From contig CANQJD010000003.1 in the NCBI GenBank assembly GCA_947624175.1, positions 1 to 51,083 on the forward strand: a stretch of 51,083 nucleotides of DNA, read 5' to 3'. Both the position numbers and the translations under genes were made by a program. Positions 48,620 to 51,083 of this stretch are shown here, in pieces. The DNA is from an uncultured Bacilli bacterium. GTDB taxonomy: Bacteria; Bacillota_I; Bacilli_A; RF39; UBA660. A model generated the notes under the pieces. That model had not been told where the DNA came from. It made no database searches and saw only the letters and a list, made by a program, of their open reading frames with translations. Positions within the stretch are counted from its first letter, which is position 1, and each line of letters starts with the position of its first letter.

Positions 48620-51083
48620 TTAATTATCTTTCCATGGAAAATCTCGAGTTATTGCAAGAACTGGTCTTGTAATTGTAGATGGGCTTAAATATGTACTACC
48701 TCCAGTTGTAAAACCGGCATCTCCTTCTCCTGAATAGAAAATACCAACACCTATACCATCTGGGACATTTCCACCTCTTACTACAAAACTTCTCGATAAA
48801 TGATGAACGTCATTAAACCAAGCATTATCAGAACCATTGTCTATTTTCTTCTTTATTTCTTTTATTGCATCTCCTAATTTAGAACGAGAAATACTATCTT
48901 TGGTATCCCTTTCAGTATTATAAGAATATTTATCATAATACTTATCTAATGGTATATTTTCTGAAGTCCAATTTCTTGCATAATCAACATTAAATTCTCC
49001 TTCTTTAGTTACTGCATTTCCCATTACAATCTGATGCCCTCCACCTGACATATCATATATTCCATATATTGTTCCAGTAGTTGATGCTCCAGCTCCAAGA
49101 TATCCTTGACCATCAGTTCCAAGTGTTAAATTATTATATGGAACTCCCGTTATTCCAGCAGTTATATTTGGTAATGTTCCAGAATATCCAGTTTTAAATG
49201 TTCCATTATCATTATAATTATTTTTATATACTTCTTTATAAGCATCTTTATATAAACTATTTCCATATTTTCCATACTTTGACATTGTTAAATAGGCAAC
49301 AGCTCCCCATTCCATATTCTTTTCCATATGAATATCATAATTATTTGAATCATTAGTTATTTCTCCTGTTAAACTAACAGAATTAGCATTTGTACTCTGA
49401 TTAAAACCATGTATATTATTATCTAATTCCATTCTTCTTATATTAACAAACATATTTGATATATCTTGATATCTCAAACTAGTAACACTTGGTTTTACTA
49501 ATATATTCATATTAGTATTATTACAACTTGCACTTTGATTACTCAAACAATTACTATCATCTGTTGACATTGCAAATTTAGCAAACCAAAATCCTACTAA
49601 TTCATCTTCACCAAATGTAAAGGCCGGATGTGTATAAGTACTTACTCCATTTTTTATACCATTATTTGTTTCATCTGTACATACTTCACTTGAGGCTGAA
49701 TCATCAGCCGTTAATATTACATCATGACAACTAACAGTTCCAGTACTATTTATTCCATGTTCAAACTGAACATTTATCATCTGTTCATTTACTGTCTCAT
49801 TATTACCATTAAATATTGTATATTTATATCTTGGTATCCAGACCCACATACTTGATATATCATCCATTTTAACTTCTGTTCCTGCATTTGCTTCTAAATA
49901 TTTTTGTCTTGTATCTAGTTCATTAAATTCTGTTTTAGCAACTAATAAATTATCTTTTGGGTAATCTGTTATTTCACCACTAAAGTATTTTGATACTTCA
50001 TCACTAGTTAAAGCATCATCATATATAAAAGCATCACTTATTGTAGATTTTGATGGATTACCTATGTTTACTATTTCTTCTAAATCACTTGATGGATTTG
50101 GATTTCCTCCTAATATTATAGATGGAATGGATGATTTTATATTTCCAACTACTTTTTGTGATTTTGCTACTTCAACACCATCTATATATAATCTAATATA
50201 TTCATTATCATATGTTCCAACCAAAGTATACCATTCATTATAATTATACATTGACTGACTAACAGCACCAACATAACCATTTTCTTCTATATATTCACAA
50301 AAGTAAAAACTTTTATCTTTATTATATGCAAATCCACCTCCAGCACTTTCCCAATTGCCAAAAAATTCCTGAGTTTTATCTTCTTCAATAATCTTAACTC
50401 TAATAACTAAAGAAATAGCATTTCCAAATTTATAGTTTTCATATCCTAAATCATAATAATCATCTACTCCATCAAAGGTCATACTTCCATCATCATTTAA
50501 AGTTCCATTTGACTCTTTAACCGTTACTGCATTGGCCCACATATAATCATTATAATCATACCATTTATGACTTTGATCTCTATTTGTTATATCTGCTTTT
50601 CTCCATACTCCTTCTGTTTCACTTATCTTATCATAATAAACTGGTATCATGTTAGGAAGCATCTCTGGTGGATTTGCTCCACTTATATCAAGTGTATCTG
50701 CTTGTAATCCTTCTAAGCTTAATACTTTACTATATGTTAATCCATTTGGATTTGCATCATAATTTATCCATATTACTAGTTCAAAACTTATCTCTTCACT
50801 TGGAGCTATTATCCCTTCATCAAATACTCCATCTGCACTTAAACTCTTAACTTCTCCCGTTTCTTCTCCTGTACTTCTAGTTCTTTTTACCCGATATCTT
50901 ATATCTAAATTACTCATTGTACTAGCAACTGTACTGTCGATTAAACTTACTCGATATTTGGCTGTAACTCCTCCTTGATTTTCAATTGTAAAAGTGTTTG
51001 GACTATTCTTTAATCCCTCTTCATCACTCTTTGGTACTTCATTATTTAAAGTTATAGCTTTCATATCTTCTTTTATGACAAGC
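48620..51083 (-). CDS. Large surface protein with TasA-like N-domain, LamG/ConA-like domain and C-terminal CLec/FGE-like domain; 5'-partial
   Basis: Frame open to the window edge; FDGVDDY, WYTLVGTYD, LYIDG (LamG); MWVWIPRY, GIYDMSGG, RGG...RPV. Confidence 0.75.
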   Translation of the reverse strand, partial: LVIKEDMKAITLNNEVPKSDEEGLKNSPNTFTIENQGGVTAKYRVSLIDSTVASTMSNLDIRYRVKRTRSTGEETGEVKSLSADGVFDEGIIAPSEEISFELVIWINYDANPNGLTYSKVLSLEGLQADTLDISGANPPEMLPNMIPVYYDKISETEGVWRKADITNRDQSHKWYDYNDYMWANAVTVKESNGTLNDDGSMTFDGVDDYYDLGYENYKFGNAISLVIRVKIIEEDKTQEFFGNWESAGGGFAYNKDKSFYFCEYIEENGYVGAVSQSMYNYNEWYTLVGTYDNEYIRLYIDGVEVAKSQKVVGNIKSSIPSIILGGNPNPSSDLEEIVNIGNPSKSTISDAFIYDDALTSDEVSKYFSGEITDYPKDNLLVAKTEFNELDTRQKYLEANAGTEVKMDDISSMWVWIPRYKYTIFNGNNETVNEQMINVQFEHGINSTGTVSCHDVILTADDSASSEVCTDETNNGIKNGVSTYTHPAFTFGEDELVGFWFAKFAMSTDDSNCLSNQSASCNNTNMNILVKPSVTSLRYQDISNMFVNIRRMELDNNIHGFNQSTNANSVSLTGEITNDSNNYDIHMEKNMEWGAVAYLTMSKYGKYGNSLYKDAYKEVYKNNYNDNGTFKTGYSGTLPNITAGITGVPYNNLTLGTDGQGYLGAGASTTGTIYGIYDMSGGGHQIVMGNAVTKEGEFNVDYARNWTSENIPLDKYYDKYSYNTERDTKDSISRSKLGDAIKEIKKKIDNGSDNAWFNDVHHLSRSFVVRGGNVPDGIGVGIFYSGEGDAGFTTGGSTYLSPSTITRPVLAITRDFPWKDN

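Noticed and set aside
4884-50850. Short antisense or overlapping ORFs in the track (4884, 6300, 7111, 7347, 7545, 9886, 16313, 20844, 21139, 27259, 29700, 36454, 45307, 50668)
   Set aside because: Shadows of well-supported genes with no RBS or motifs
1-51083. CRISPR array, cas genes, IS transposases
   Set aside because: No regularly spaced repeats and no Cas or transposase motifs seen

Overview
Very AT-rich chromosomal window from a low-GC Bacillota read in the standard code; gene content suggests an uncultured gut Bacilli lineage such as RF39 (inference). Housekeeping loci (tRNA-Gly, nrdD-nrdG-dut, htrA, fhs, uvrB, ctpA, rplM-rpsI with L13 leader, asnS with Asn T-box) alternate with accessory blocks: a two-C5-MTase type IIS-like RM operon, an Abi_2/HEPN gene, an AbiE type IV TA pair next to a decayed uvrB 5' copy, a duplicated ABC permease and many lineage-specific orphans. 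Strongest signal: a truncated diversity-generating retroelement at 19.6-22.0 kb. It has a TasA/SipW-signal-type surface protein with a C-terminal VR codon signature, a GC hairpin, a MutS-like accessory gene and a C-terminally truncated Avd, but no TR or RT in the window. Upstream is an unannotated poly-G sORF/double-hairpin element. Other candidates are a structured RNA plus terminator in front of a PBECR-type nuclease (type III TA-like layout) and a shared basic C-terminal tail on many unrelated orphan proteins. All family calls come from motif recognition only; no searches were run.
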